Positions 23,801 to 30,030 of a DNA stretch of 32,000 nucleotides are shown here, piece after piece. This DNA comes from Bacilli bacterium (GTDB taxonomy: Bacteria; Bacillota_I; Bacilli_A; RF39; UBA660), in NCBI GenBank assembly GCA_017459425.1, contig JAFUCZ010000024.1, positions 9,672-41,671 on the forward strand, given 5' to 3'. A model generated the notes under the pieces. It made no database searches. It saw only the letters and a program-made list of their open reading frames with translations, and had not been told where the DNA came from. Numbering within the stretch: position 1 is the first letter of the stretch; every line of letters begins with the position of its first letter. A program made the translations under genes and the position numbers.

Positions 23801-24005
23801 TATCAACATTATATTCGCTTTCATATTTTATTTCTGCACCATTTAATGTACTACCACTTAAAACTATTCCATCTACTCTAATATCAGATATAGGTCTGAT
23901 TTTTACTTCTGATGTGATAGACAAAGAAGTAGAAAGTGCTGAATATGCTACTGTTGTAAGCATTACAAAAATAACGCTTAAAAAAATCATAATTTTCTTC
24001 TGCAT
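20853..24005 (-). CDS. DGR target protein 1: large secreted surface protein with Listeria-Bacteroides (Flg_new-type) repeats and an internal variable-region domain
   Basis: Signal/anchor MQKKIMIFLSVIFVMLTTVAYSAL. There are at least six G(Y)xFxGW(Y/T)...G repeat units (GYTFSGWTDEQNGT, GYTFDGWYTSND, SFNGWYTLQNGG, GYTCGWTANENGT, GYLFDGWTGSNGN, GYAFGGYYTGKNGTG). The VR2-encoded segment is WTLSPRAISSDSNSVFYVHSTGYVISTDAFFAGSVRPVVYL. Confidence 0.85.
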   Translation of the reverse strand: MQKKIMIFLSVIFVMLTTVAYSALSTSLSITSEVKIRPISDIRVDGIVLSGSTLNGAEIKYESEYNVDKITSGFVLPNSNSSITYKVTIANNGDFDQTIYNMTTTSNDNGLITTIKYANGTIFNFKDVIEKKSTLDLYVTYTTTNPSTSTINVTNVFDFRKVYYITYQENGGSSVTDQIKYEGEDLTLNLVNNVLEEPVKEGYTFSGWTDEQNGTRIKYRKGDKLTVDLNEYPIYTLYAIYTTDIYTITFDPNNGEEVITKRIEYNTSYGELPTVSKTGYTFDGWYTSNDVKVTPETLAKKSETITAHWIANTYTITLNKNGATNNPTASVEVTYDAADINPEEIVVPQKEYTVSGFELSNSRKSNGATVSSNENLTTSYSFNGWYTLQNGGDLMLDNTNKPVLTPSINEYTDEESNWIHDEDITLFARFSGSGNITLPTIEKTGYTCGWTANENGTTIQHTSGETITPITDVALYGVCEPISYTIEYTLNGGSATNPTSYTKESSAITLNNPKKTGYLFDGWTGSNGNTPSKNVTIPTGSTGNRSYTANWTYVGNDPESVIKILNTEGEGISTTDHENELRFIGSNPDNYVRFNNQIWRIIGVFDGRLKLVQSPIGSYSFDTSAVDVNKGYGVNQWGESTLTDGTDYDGADLMKLLNPGYESNQDLRCIAGSTLDSTNSIVNCGDNSASNYDTVSVNNSLYWNAGSGKCYTYGNYNTANCDFTNTGLSDTASKNMIDNATWYLGSLDTPSANIWDGRVTASLLYSWERSSSTGKQCTQNNAHCSDTVNRTTRWTGKVGLIYPSDYAYATSGGSTHDRDACLSYTVGYVSDSSIPNWQNTYTDCKNNDWLLNTGVWTWTLSPRAISSDSNSVFYVHSTGYVISTDAFFAGSVRPVVYLKSGVTITSGDGTQSKPFVLTDPTSDTYSVKLDNRNATTTGTTSIYEKYNTGYYLNSEATTQITTSSNGITIPTKKGYAFGGYYTGKNGTGTKVIDSSGKLSSQVSATIFTDNSGVLYAKWTRVMAENIEHINSTLGCSNVQCMIDKLYEMLN
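21254..22334 (-). repeat. Copy B of the ~1.08-kb duplicated VR-bearing module
   Basis: See copy A. It includes VR2 and the identical downstream block ...ggtgattgtaacacctgattttaagtagac. Confidence 0.9.
21317..21430 (-). repeat. DGR variable repeat VR2 (internal to target 1)
   Basis: I count 13 differences from the TR across 18901-19010, plus one at 18899. All are at TR adenines. VR1 and VR2 differ from each other at many of the same positions. Confidence 0.92.
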
Positions 24006-24029
24006 ATTCTAACCTCCTATACTATTATC

Positions 24030-24058
24030 ACTATATCTAATTTTACTATATTTGTCGA
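24030..24058 (-). promoter_or_regulatory. Possible promoter of the DGR target operon
   Basis: The minus strand reads TCGACA, a 17-nt spacer, then TATAGT, about 25 nt upstream of the ATG at 24005. The AGGAGG RBS is at 24013-24018. Confidence 0.3.
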
Positions 24059-24167
24059 ATTTTATCAATAGATAAGACATATTTTCACCATATATTATTT
24101 ACTATTTTACACTTTGTATGTAATTTTTTGTAAATATAATTTTAAAACTGTTTTTTAAATAAAAAAA

Positions 24168-24186
24168 CTAACATTTAATATGTTAG
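24168..24186 (-). terminator. Rho-independent terminator after the 24230-25228 gene
   Basis: The minus strand reads ctaacat-attaa-atgttag followed by ttttttt. Confidence 0.5.
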
Positions 24187-24229
24187 AAATTTAAGATTAA
24201 AAAATATTTTTATAAAGCAAAAGAAATGA

Positions 24230-25228
24230 TTAATCCATTTCTTTTCTAGTTACTTTATATTCATAATTTTGAGTATCCATAATTACAAATTTAGATTCAT
24301 TTTCATTTACTTTTACATAAATTATAGGTTTTTCTAAATTATTTCTTACATCCAATAATTCTTTAAAACTATTAATAGATACAACAGGTGCATTACTATC
24401 AATAAATGAATTATTAGATTCTGTAATATATGAATCATTTTCTCTTAAAAGTTTTTTAATATATCTTTCATATTTACTTTCTTTACTAAGTCTACTTTTA
24501 ATTTTAAGTGCTAGTATTACTAGAGAAACAAAACCTAAAGCAGCAAGCATAATAGATATACCAAACATTACTTTATTAAGTGGTGATTCACTTGTTCTTA
24601 AAGAGTATGGTTCATTACTAGAAATATCAGAGCTTTTAGAAATATTAATCATTTGTCTAGAAAGAGGTATTTCTACAGTCATTTTCTTACTACCTACTAT
24701 ATCGTTTTCTTTACTCTCATACATTAAATCATAATCGATAACTAAATTACAATTAGCGCTTATTCCATAATCACTTTTAAATTTATTTGCTAAATTATTA
24801 TATTTAGTATAATCAATTTTTATTTGATCAGATACATCTATATTTTCACTAGTATTAGCATCTTGTTTTAATATATCATTTTCAGAATAAATTACTTTAT
24901 CGTTATTTTCTGTATCAACTATTTTTATATCAGCAACAATTTTTTTATTTATATCAAAAGTATCTTTAATGTCATAAGTTGCCTTATAATTGAAATTTAA
25001 ATCAATATAATCTACTATACTAGAAATATATTGCATTCCTTCATCTAAATAATCCCTATTGTAATAAGTTTTATCATTTAAATATACTTTGTATTTAACC
25101 CCACCATTTTCTTTAAAATCAACCACTGTTGATATTTGTTGCTTTGATTGCATAAAGAAATAAAAACTTAATATTCCTAATATTACTGTCAAAACAACCA
25201 TTGCCAACTCGCTTTTACTCTTTTCCAT
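24230..25228 (-). CDS. Bitopic membrane protein associated with the SipW-type peptidase (possibly DUF5305-like)
   Basis: 332 aa with an N-terminal TM helix (LAMVVLTVILGILSFYFFM), an extracytoplasmic segment of about 200 aa, a second TM helix (VMFGISIMLAALGFVSLVILAL) and a cytoplasmic tail. It lies 12 nt downstream of the signal peptidase gene. The family assignment is recollection only. Confidence 0.5.
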   Translation of the reverse strand: MEKSKSELAMVVLTVILGILSFYFFMQSKQQISTVVDFKENGGVKYKVYLNDKTYYNRDYLDEGMQYISSIVDYIDLNFNYKATYDIKDTFDINKKIVADIKIVDTENNDKVIYSENDILKQDANTSENIDVSDQIKIDYTKYNNLANKFKSDYGISANCNLVIDYDLMYESKENDIVGSKKMTVEIPLSRQMINISKSSDISSNEPYSLRTSESPLNKVMFGISIMLAALGFVSLVILALKIKSRLSKESKYERYIKKLLRENDSYITESNNSFIDSNAPVVSINSFKELLDVRNNLEKPIIYVKVNENESKFVIMDTQNYEYKVTRKEMD

Positions 25229-25240
25229 TTTTATCCTCCT

Positions 25241-26365
25241 TTAAAACATTTCATTTAACCAAATACTTGGCAAACCTACTTTATCAACGATAAATATTAC
25301 TTTTCCAAGAACATCATCGTCCCCAACAACACCAGCATCTACCTGGTCATTGTTATCACCTTTTGTAGAATAAAATCTATAATTTTGTCTTTCATACACT
25401 TTATAAATTCTATGTGATATCAATTTATTTTCATGTCTGAATACAATTATGTCGCCAACTTCTAATTTGGATTTTTCAGTATCACGTAGTTTTTTTAGAA
25501 TTACAACATCACCTTTTTCAAAAGTACCTAACATTGAATTAGATCCAATAACTAAAGATTGATATTTAAAAAAGCCTGAATTTAAACCCACTAAAGAAAG
25601 TAATACAACTAAACAAATACCAAAAACAATGTTATTTCTGTGTCTGTTTTTTGGTTTTTCAAGTTTTTTCATTCTATTATTAAGTAACATAAAAGAAATA
25701 AATGTTGGTAATACTATCATAAATACTGATGAAACATAAGTACCCATATTAGGTACAAATGGAACAATATAAATATACAATTCCATTATTAATCTATAAA
25801 TAATTCCATTATAAAAATCACTCTTCATTGCAAATATTGTCATCAGTACATTTCTACTAATTCCATCTATTACTACAATTGCTATAAATTTATATAATTG
25901 TTCTTTATCAGCTAAATTATAATTAGTGAATCCAATACTAATATCTAGCATTACAAACACTAAAAAACTCATAAAAATAACTAATTTATTGTTATCTGAT
26001 TTTTTGATAAATTGATATCTTAAAACTTCACTTGCGATTATAACTGTCGATACCGGAATAATGTTTTTAACAAAGTTTACTACCGACCAAGAATAAATTG
26101 TACGTGCGAATGAAATAAAAAGACCAAGTAAGTAAATAAATAAGAAATAAATAATTAAATAAATGAGTAAACTTTTTAAAATTTCTTTATGATTCGAAGG
26201 TTTTTTTATATCTATTCCTATAGCAAAATAAACTATAGCAAAAGATACACATAAAAAGATAAGATATTTATCATGAGTGAACAATGCAGGTTGCAAGAAG
26301 CTTATCAATATTACTACAAGCATTAATATTTCAATAATTAATAACTTTTTTACCCCACTTTTCAT
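25241..26365 (-). CDS. sipW: SipW-like (archaeal/ER-type) signal peptidase I fused to a large polytopic N-terminal membrane domain
   Basis: The C-terminal ~120 aa (GSNSMLGTFEKGDVVIL...VGDIIVF...ISHRIYKV...STKGDNNDQVD) parallel B. subtilis SipW blocks (SGSMEP.F.TGD / VGDVITF / THRI / TKGDNN...D). The first ~250 aa are multiple hydrophobic helices that ordinary SipW lacks. Confidence 0.75.
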   Translation of the reverse strand: MKSGVKKLLIIEILMLVVILISFLQPALFTHDKYLIFLCVSFAIVYFAIGIDIKKPSNHKEILKSLLIYLIIYFLFIYLLGLFISFARTIYSWSVVNFVKNIIPVSTVIIASEVLRYQFIKKSDNNKLVIFMSFLVFVMLDISIGFTNYNLADKEQLYKFIAIVVIDGISRNVLMTIFAMKSDFYNGIIYRLIMELYIYIVPFVPNMGTYVSSVFMIVLPTFISFMLLNNRMKKLEKPKNRHRNNIVFGICLVVLLSLVGLNSGFFKYQSLVIGSNSMLGTFEKGDVVILKKLRDTEKSKLEVGDIIVFRHENKLISHRIYKVYERQNYRFYSTKGDNNDQVDAGVVGDDDVLGKVIFIVDKVGLPSIWLNEMF

Positions 26366-26400
26366 AACTCACCTTCTCACTCTTATCTACTCTAAAAATA

Positions 26401-26429
26401 ATTATATTAAATTATTTTTATTTTGTCAA
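26401..26429 (-). promoter_or_regulatory. Consensus sigma-A promoter upstream of the signal peptidase gene
   Basis: The minus strand reads TTGACA, a 17-nt spacer, then TATAAT. Confidence 0.55.
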
Positions 26430-26452
26430 ATACAATAAATTGATTAAAAAAA

Positions 26453-26472
26453 ACATAAGTAAATACTTATGT
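26453..26472 (-). terminator. Rho-independent terminator after the 26472-27092 gene
   Basis: The minus strand reads acataagt-attt-acttatgt followed by tttttttt. Confidence 0.6.
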
Positions 26473-27092
26473 TAATTATTATAATCTTGTCCATATATTA
26501 GAACAGCTGTTATATTATTAAAATGCACACTATGACTTGGTAATACTTGCGGTTCATCTCTTCTTACATATTCAATAGTAACCATTAATTCACGTGTTCC
26601 ATTATTTTTTTCTAATTTATCGCCTATTTTTATATCTGTACCATCTGCATATGTGAATTTAATTTCAATGTCATTTATTAGATTTTTTCTTGAAATATCA
26701 TCTAATGTTTCAGCAGAATTCCAAATTATATTTCCTACTTTTATATCAGTTTTACCTGTTAATATAGCATTAATATCACCTTTATTTTTTACATTCCATT
26801 TATATATCACTTTATCGCCTGGTGCTTTTAGTAATGCGTGTGGCAATGTAATTATTGTTGAATTTGGATTGAATGTTAAATAATCTTGTTCAACACTTGC
26901 ATACTCTAATATTGTAATAGATGAACCACTATCTAATAGATTAAAACTGACATCCCAATTATTTGAATTATTTTCAGATAGCATATTATTACTAATAGCA
27001 GGTTTTCTAGTAAAGGTAGCAAAAATAATTGTTACTATTACTACACCAACTATAAGTATTGATAATAATGTATTTTTTTCTTTCTTCGACAT
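26472..27092 (-). CDS. Secreted beta-rich protein, paralog of 27178-27819 (putative minor fibre/matrix subunit, TasA/camelysin-like context)
   Basis: N-terminal anchor/signal (LLSILIVGVVIVTIIFATF). It is colinear with its neighbour: LPHALLKAPGDKVIYKWNVKNKGDINAILTGKTDIKVG...NDIEIKFTYADGT...LMVTIEY versus LPMVTLKAPGDKVEYVWAVENTGDINAVLTGKTDITLG...NDIDVKFTYADGT...LKVTVEY. Confidence 0.55.
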   Translation of the reverse strand: MSKKEKNTLLSILIVGVVIVTIIFATFTRKPAISNNMLSENNSNNWDVSFNLLDSGSSITILEYASVEQDYLTFNPNSTIITLPHALLKAPGDKVIYKWNVKNKGDINAILTGKTDIKVGNIIWNSAETLDDISRKNLINDIEIKFTYADGTDIKIGDKLEKNNGTRELMVTIEYVRRDEPQVLPSHSVHFNNITAVLIYGQDYNN

Positions 27093-27114
27093 AACACACC
27101 TCTATCATAAATTA

Positions 27115-27143
27115 ATGATATTAAATTATTTTAAATTTGTCAA
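27115..27143 (-). promoter_or_regulatory. Sigma-A-type promoter of the 26472-27092 gene
   Basis: The minus strand reads TTGACA, a 17-nt spacer, then TATCAT. Confidence 0.5.
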
Positions 27144-27154
27144 TAAAAAGAAAA

Positions 27155-27178
27155 AAACTTAAGTATAAACTTAAGTTT
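27155..27178 (-). terminator. Rho-independent terminator after the 27178-27819 gene
   Basis: 10-bp stem aaacttaagt/acttaagttt, followed by a T-run on the minus strand. Confidence 0.6.
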
Positions 27179-27819
27179 TATGCATTGTCTTGTCCGTAAG
27201 TTAATGCTGCTGTGATGTTACTAAATGTTACATCTTTACTTGGTAAAGTTTGAGTTTCACCAGTTTTCTTGTATTCAACTGTAACTTTTAAAAGTGCTTT
27301 ACCAGTTGTTTTAGCTAACTTATCAGTATTTGCTGTAATAGCAGTTCCATCAGCATAAGTGAATTTAACATCAATATCGTTAATTAATGCTGCTTTACCA
27401 TTAGCATCTAAAGTTTCATCATTTGCCCAAGTTGCAGCACCTAAAGTGATATCAGTTTTACCAGTTAAAACTGCATTAATATCACCAGTATTTTCAACAG
27501 CCCAAACATATTCAACTTTATCACCAGGTGCTTTTAAAGTAACCATTGGTAAAGTTACGATTGTTGAGTCAGAAGTAAATGATAATGCTGCATCTTGTGC
27601 CATAGTAGCATATCCAGTTGTAGTAATAGGTTGGTAAGTACTTCCATCTTTAGTAGTATCTAAAGCTCTAAAACGTACCTTCCAGCTTGATGCAATATTT
27701 TGCACTGTAGCACTACCATTAATATTTAATGTTTGAGTAAGTGCTGCATAAGCAACTGTCATTGAAACAAGTCCTACAACTAATACTCCTAGTAAAACAT
27801 TCTTTGTCTTTTCGTTCAC
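27178..27819 (-). CDS. Secreted beta-rich protein, putative major subunit of a SipW-dependent fibre/matrix (TasA/camelysin-like context)
   Basis: The signal-like N-terminus ...LLGVLVVGLVSMTVAYAALTQTLNINGSATV precedes an Ala/Thr-rich mature part. Its codon usage is visibly different (less AT-biased) from its neighbours. It has its own promoter and terminator. I place the start at the GTG at 27819 (MNEKTKN...) because AAAGGAG lies 8 nt upstream and inside the track's 27837 start. Confidence 0.55.
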   Translation of the reverse strand: MNEKTKNVLLGVLVVGLVSMTVAYAALTQTLNINGSATVQNIASSWKVRFRALDTTKDGSTYQPITTTGYATMAQDAALSFTSDSTIVTLPMVTLKAPGDKVEYVWAVENTGDINAVLTGKTDITLGAATWANDETLDANGKAALINDIDVKFTYADGTAITANTDKLAKTTGKALLKVTVEYKKTGETQTLPSKDVTFSNITAALTYGQDNA

Positions 27820-27850
27820 AATTATTACTCCTTTCATATTTTACAATTTA

Positions 27851-27879
27851 ATGATACTTTATTTATTTTTTTTTGTCAA
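27851..27879 (-). promoter_or_regulatory. Sigma-A-type promoter of the 27178-27819 gene
   Basis: The minus strand reads TTGACA, a 17-nt spacer, then TATCAT. These are the same hexamers as at 27115-27143. Confidence 0.5.
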
Positions 27880-27938
27880 TACGTTTTTTAAAATTTGACA
27901 TATTGTTATCTTTTTTTCACAAAAAAACACTTTTAAAT

Positions 27939-27964
27939 GAAGTGAACTATTTGGGGTTCACTTC
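27939..27964 (-). terminator. Terminator hairpin after mreB/mbl
   Basis: gaagtgaac/gttcacttc 9-bp stem. A T-rich tract lies further downstream on the minus strand. Confidence 0.45.
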
Positions 27965-27976
27965 AAAATAGTGTTT

Positions 27977-28966
27977 TTATTTATCAATTAAATTTATATT
28001 ATCAAGTAACACTCCAGTACCTTCAGCAACACATGTTAGAGGGCTTTCAGCTACAAATACAGGCACCTTTAATTCATGTGATAATAGTTTATCAAATCCA
28101 TCTATTAAGGCTCCTCCACCTGTTATAACTATACCTTTATCTATAATATCTGCTGATAATTCTGGTGGAGTTTGTTCTAATACATTTTTAGCAGTATTTA
28201 CTATTATGTATGCACTTTCTCTTAATGCTTCTTCTATTTCTTCAGAAGATAAAGTTATAGTGTGAGGAAGTCCTGTTACTAAATCTCTACCTCTTACTTC
28301 CATTTTTTCTTGTCTTGAATCAGGAAAAACTGTTCCAATTGTTACTTTGATTTCTTCTGCAGTACGATCACCTATTAAAAGTTTATATTTATCTTTGATA
28401 TATTTTATAATATCATTATCAAACACATTACCAGCTACTTTTATTGATGAACTAGTTACAATTCCACCAAGAGATAAAATTGCTATATCAGTTGTACCAC
28501 CACCAATATCTATTACCATATTACCACTTGGTTTTGATATATCCATACCTGCACCTATTGCAGCAACCTTTGGTTCTTCCTCTAAAAATACTTTTTTAGC
28601 GCCTGTTCTTTCAGCAGCTTCTCTTATAGCGTTTTTTTCAACTTGAGTTATATTTGATGGGCAACAAATTAAAATTCTTGGTCTAGATAAAAAGCTTTTC
28701 CCATTAATTTTTTTAATAAAATGGTTAAGCATTATTTCAGTTACTTCATAATCAGCTATTACTCCATCTTTCATAGGTCTAATTGCTTTTACCTGTCCTG
28801 GTGTTCTACCTAACATTTCACGAGCTTCGTGACCTACAGCTAGAGCTTTTTTAGTATCACAATCAATAGCTACTACGCTTGGTTCATTTAAAACAATTCC
28901 TTGTCCTTTTACATAAATTAATACATTAGCCGTCCCCAAATCTATTCCAATATCTTTTGCAAACAT
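27977..28966 (-). CDS. mbl: Rod-shape-determining actin homolog MreB/Mbl
   Basis: DIGIDLGTANVLIY, MVIDIGGGTTDIAILSLGGIV and IVITGGGALIDGFDKLL are the actin-fold phosphate/adenosine motifs of MreB. The position next to spoIIID is the Mbl-type context in Bacilli and Clostridia. Confidence 0.9.
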   Translation of the reverse strand: MFAKDIGIDLGTANVLIYVKGQGIVLNEPSVVAIDCDTKKALAVGHEAREMLGRTPGQVKAIRPMKDGVIADYEVTEIMLNHFIKKINGKSFLSRPRILICCPSNITQVEKNAIREAAERTGAKKVFLEEEPKVAAIGAGMDISKPSGNMVIDIGGGTTDIAILSLGGIVTSSSIKVAGNVFDNDIIKYIKDKYKLLIGDRTAEEIKVTIGTVFPDSRQEKMEVRGRDLVTGLPHTITLSSEEIEEALRESAYIIVNTAKNVLEQTPPELSADIIDKGIVITGGGALIDGFDKLLSHELKVPVFVAESPLTCVAEGTGVLLDNINLIDK

Positions 28967-29028
28967 AAATATCCCTCTTTTCTACATGCACTATTTTGAT
29001 TATACCATATCATCGTTATTTTTCCTAC

Positions 29029-29259
29029 TTAATTTGCTAATTTTAAATACTTTTTTTTAGTCGACTGGCCACCTCTAATATGTCTTACATCTGTATGATA
29101 TTTTAATATTTTATCAACTTCTTTAAATAATTTTTTATCTACATTTATAAGTCTATCATGCAAATCTTTATGTACCGTGCTTTTAGATACATTAAAAATA
29201 AGTGCTAATTCTCTTACTGTTTGTTTAGTTTCAATCATATATTTTGCTTCTTCTAGCAC
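29029..29259 (-). CDS. spoIIID: Sporulation transcriptional regulator SpoIIID
   Basis: YMIETKQTVRELALIFNVSKSTVHKDLHDRLINVDKKLFKEVDKILKYHTDVRHIRGGQSTKKKY closely parallels B. subtilis SpoIIID (YIVETKKTVRVIAKEFGVSKSTVHKDLTERL...HIRGGEATK.KY). The 5' end is uncertain. The frame stays open upstream (..GGGIINKISKR), and AGGTGGTGG precedes an ATT codon at about 29286. Confidence 0.85.
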   Translation of the reverse strand: MLEEAKYMIETKQTVRELALIFNVSKSTVHKDLHDRLINVDKKLFKEVDKILKYHTDVRHIRGGQSTKKKYLKLAN

Positions 29260-29346
29260 TCTTTTGCTTATTTTATTAATAATACCACCACCTAATTTAT
29301 TATATAAATTAGATGTCAGTTTATACCTAAAAAAGAGCCTAAGCTC

Positions 29347-29976
29347 TTATATTTCATTTAGTTTTTTATTGTAGTATTTTTCAGGATTTACGTTAACTCC
29401 ATTATGTATTAATTCAAAACTCAAATGATTATTAAGCTCAACCGATATATTAGAATTACCACTTTTACCTATTACTTGTCCTTGATTAATTGAATCACCT
29501 TTTTTTACATTTACTTCACCTAAGCTTTGATAAATACTTATCAAATTATTATCATGATTAATTCTTACAATATTACCAAGTAATTCATCTTCTTTTACTT
29601 CTTCAACAGTACCTGAAAGTATTGCCACTACATCAAAATTATCCTTACCACCATAACATACACCACTATTTTGCATGTATACATTGTCATGATATATAAT
29701 TGATTTTTCTTGATTACTTTCTTCACCTTCAAAATCATAATAATCTTTTACGATAGATATTTCACTATCAGTATAAGGTCTAATAATAGTTACATCGGTT
29801 GATACAACTGGAATATGCGTATCAAAAATAGTTTTACTTACATATCCATAAGTTTCATCTTTAAAATCACCTTTATTTAAAGTCACATCAAGTCCATACG
29901 CTATTCCTAAAACAGTAATAATACTAAGTCCATAAATACCAAACACTATACTTTTTTTTAGTTTTCTTTTCTTCAT
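29347..29976 (-). CDS. spoIIQ: Membrane-anchored LytM/M23-domain protein, SpoIIQ-like
   Basis: N-terminal TM helix (IVFGIYGLSIITVLGIAY) plus a C-terminal M23-type fold (GDSINQGQVIGKSGNSN...HLSFELIHNGVNVNP). The metal ligands look degenerate: HLSFE instead of HLHFE, and no HxxxD is visible. It sits between spoIID and spoIIID. Confidence 0.6.
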   Translation of the reverse strand: MKKRKLKKSIVFGIYGLSIITVLGIAYGLDVTLNKGDFKDETYGYVSKTIFDTHIPVVSTDVTIIRPYTDSEISIVKDYYDFEGEESNQEKSIIYHDNVYMQNSGVCYGGKDNFDVVAILSGTVEEVKEDELLGNIVRINHDNNLISIYQSLGEVNVKKGDSINQGQVIGKSGNSNISVELNNHLSFELIHNGVNVNPEKYYNKKLNEI

Positions 29977-30030
29977 TCTTTCACCTCTATTTAAAGTTTG
30001 AACAAAGAAAATAATTTTATACTTGTTTTT

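Noticed and set aside
13400-27900. The DGR as part of a prophage (as in BPP-1)
   Set aside because: No terminase, portal, capsid, tail, integrase or lysis genes are recognisable in or around the region. The neighbours are surface-protein, peptidase and helicase genes. The targets have signal/anchor sequences and Listeria-Bacteroides-type repeats typical of cellular surface proteins.
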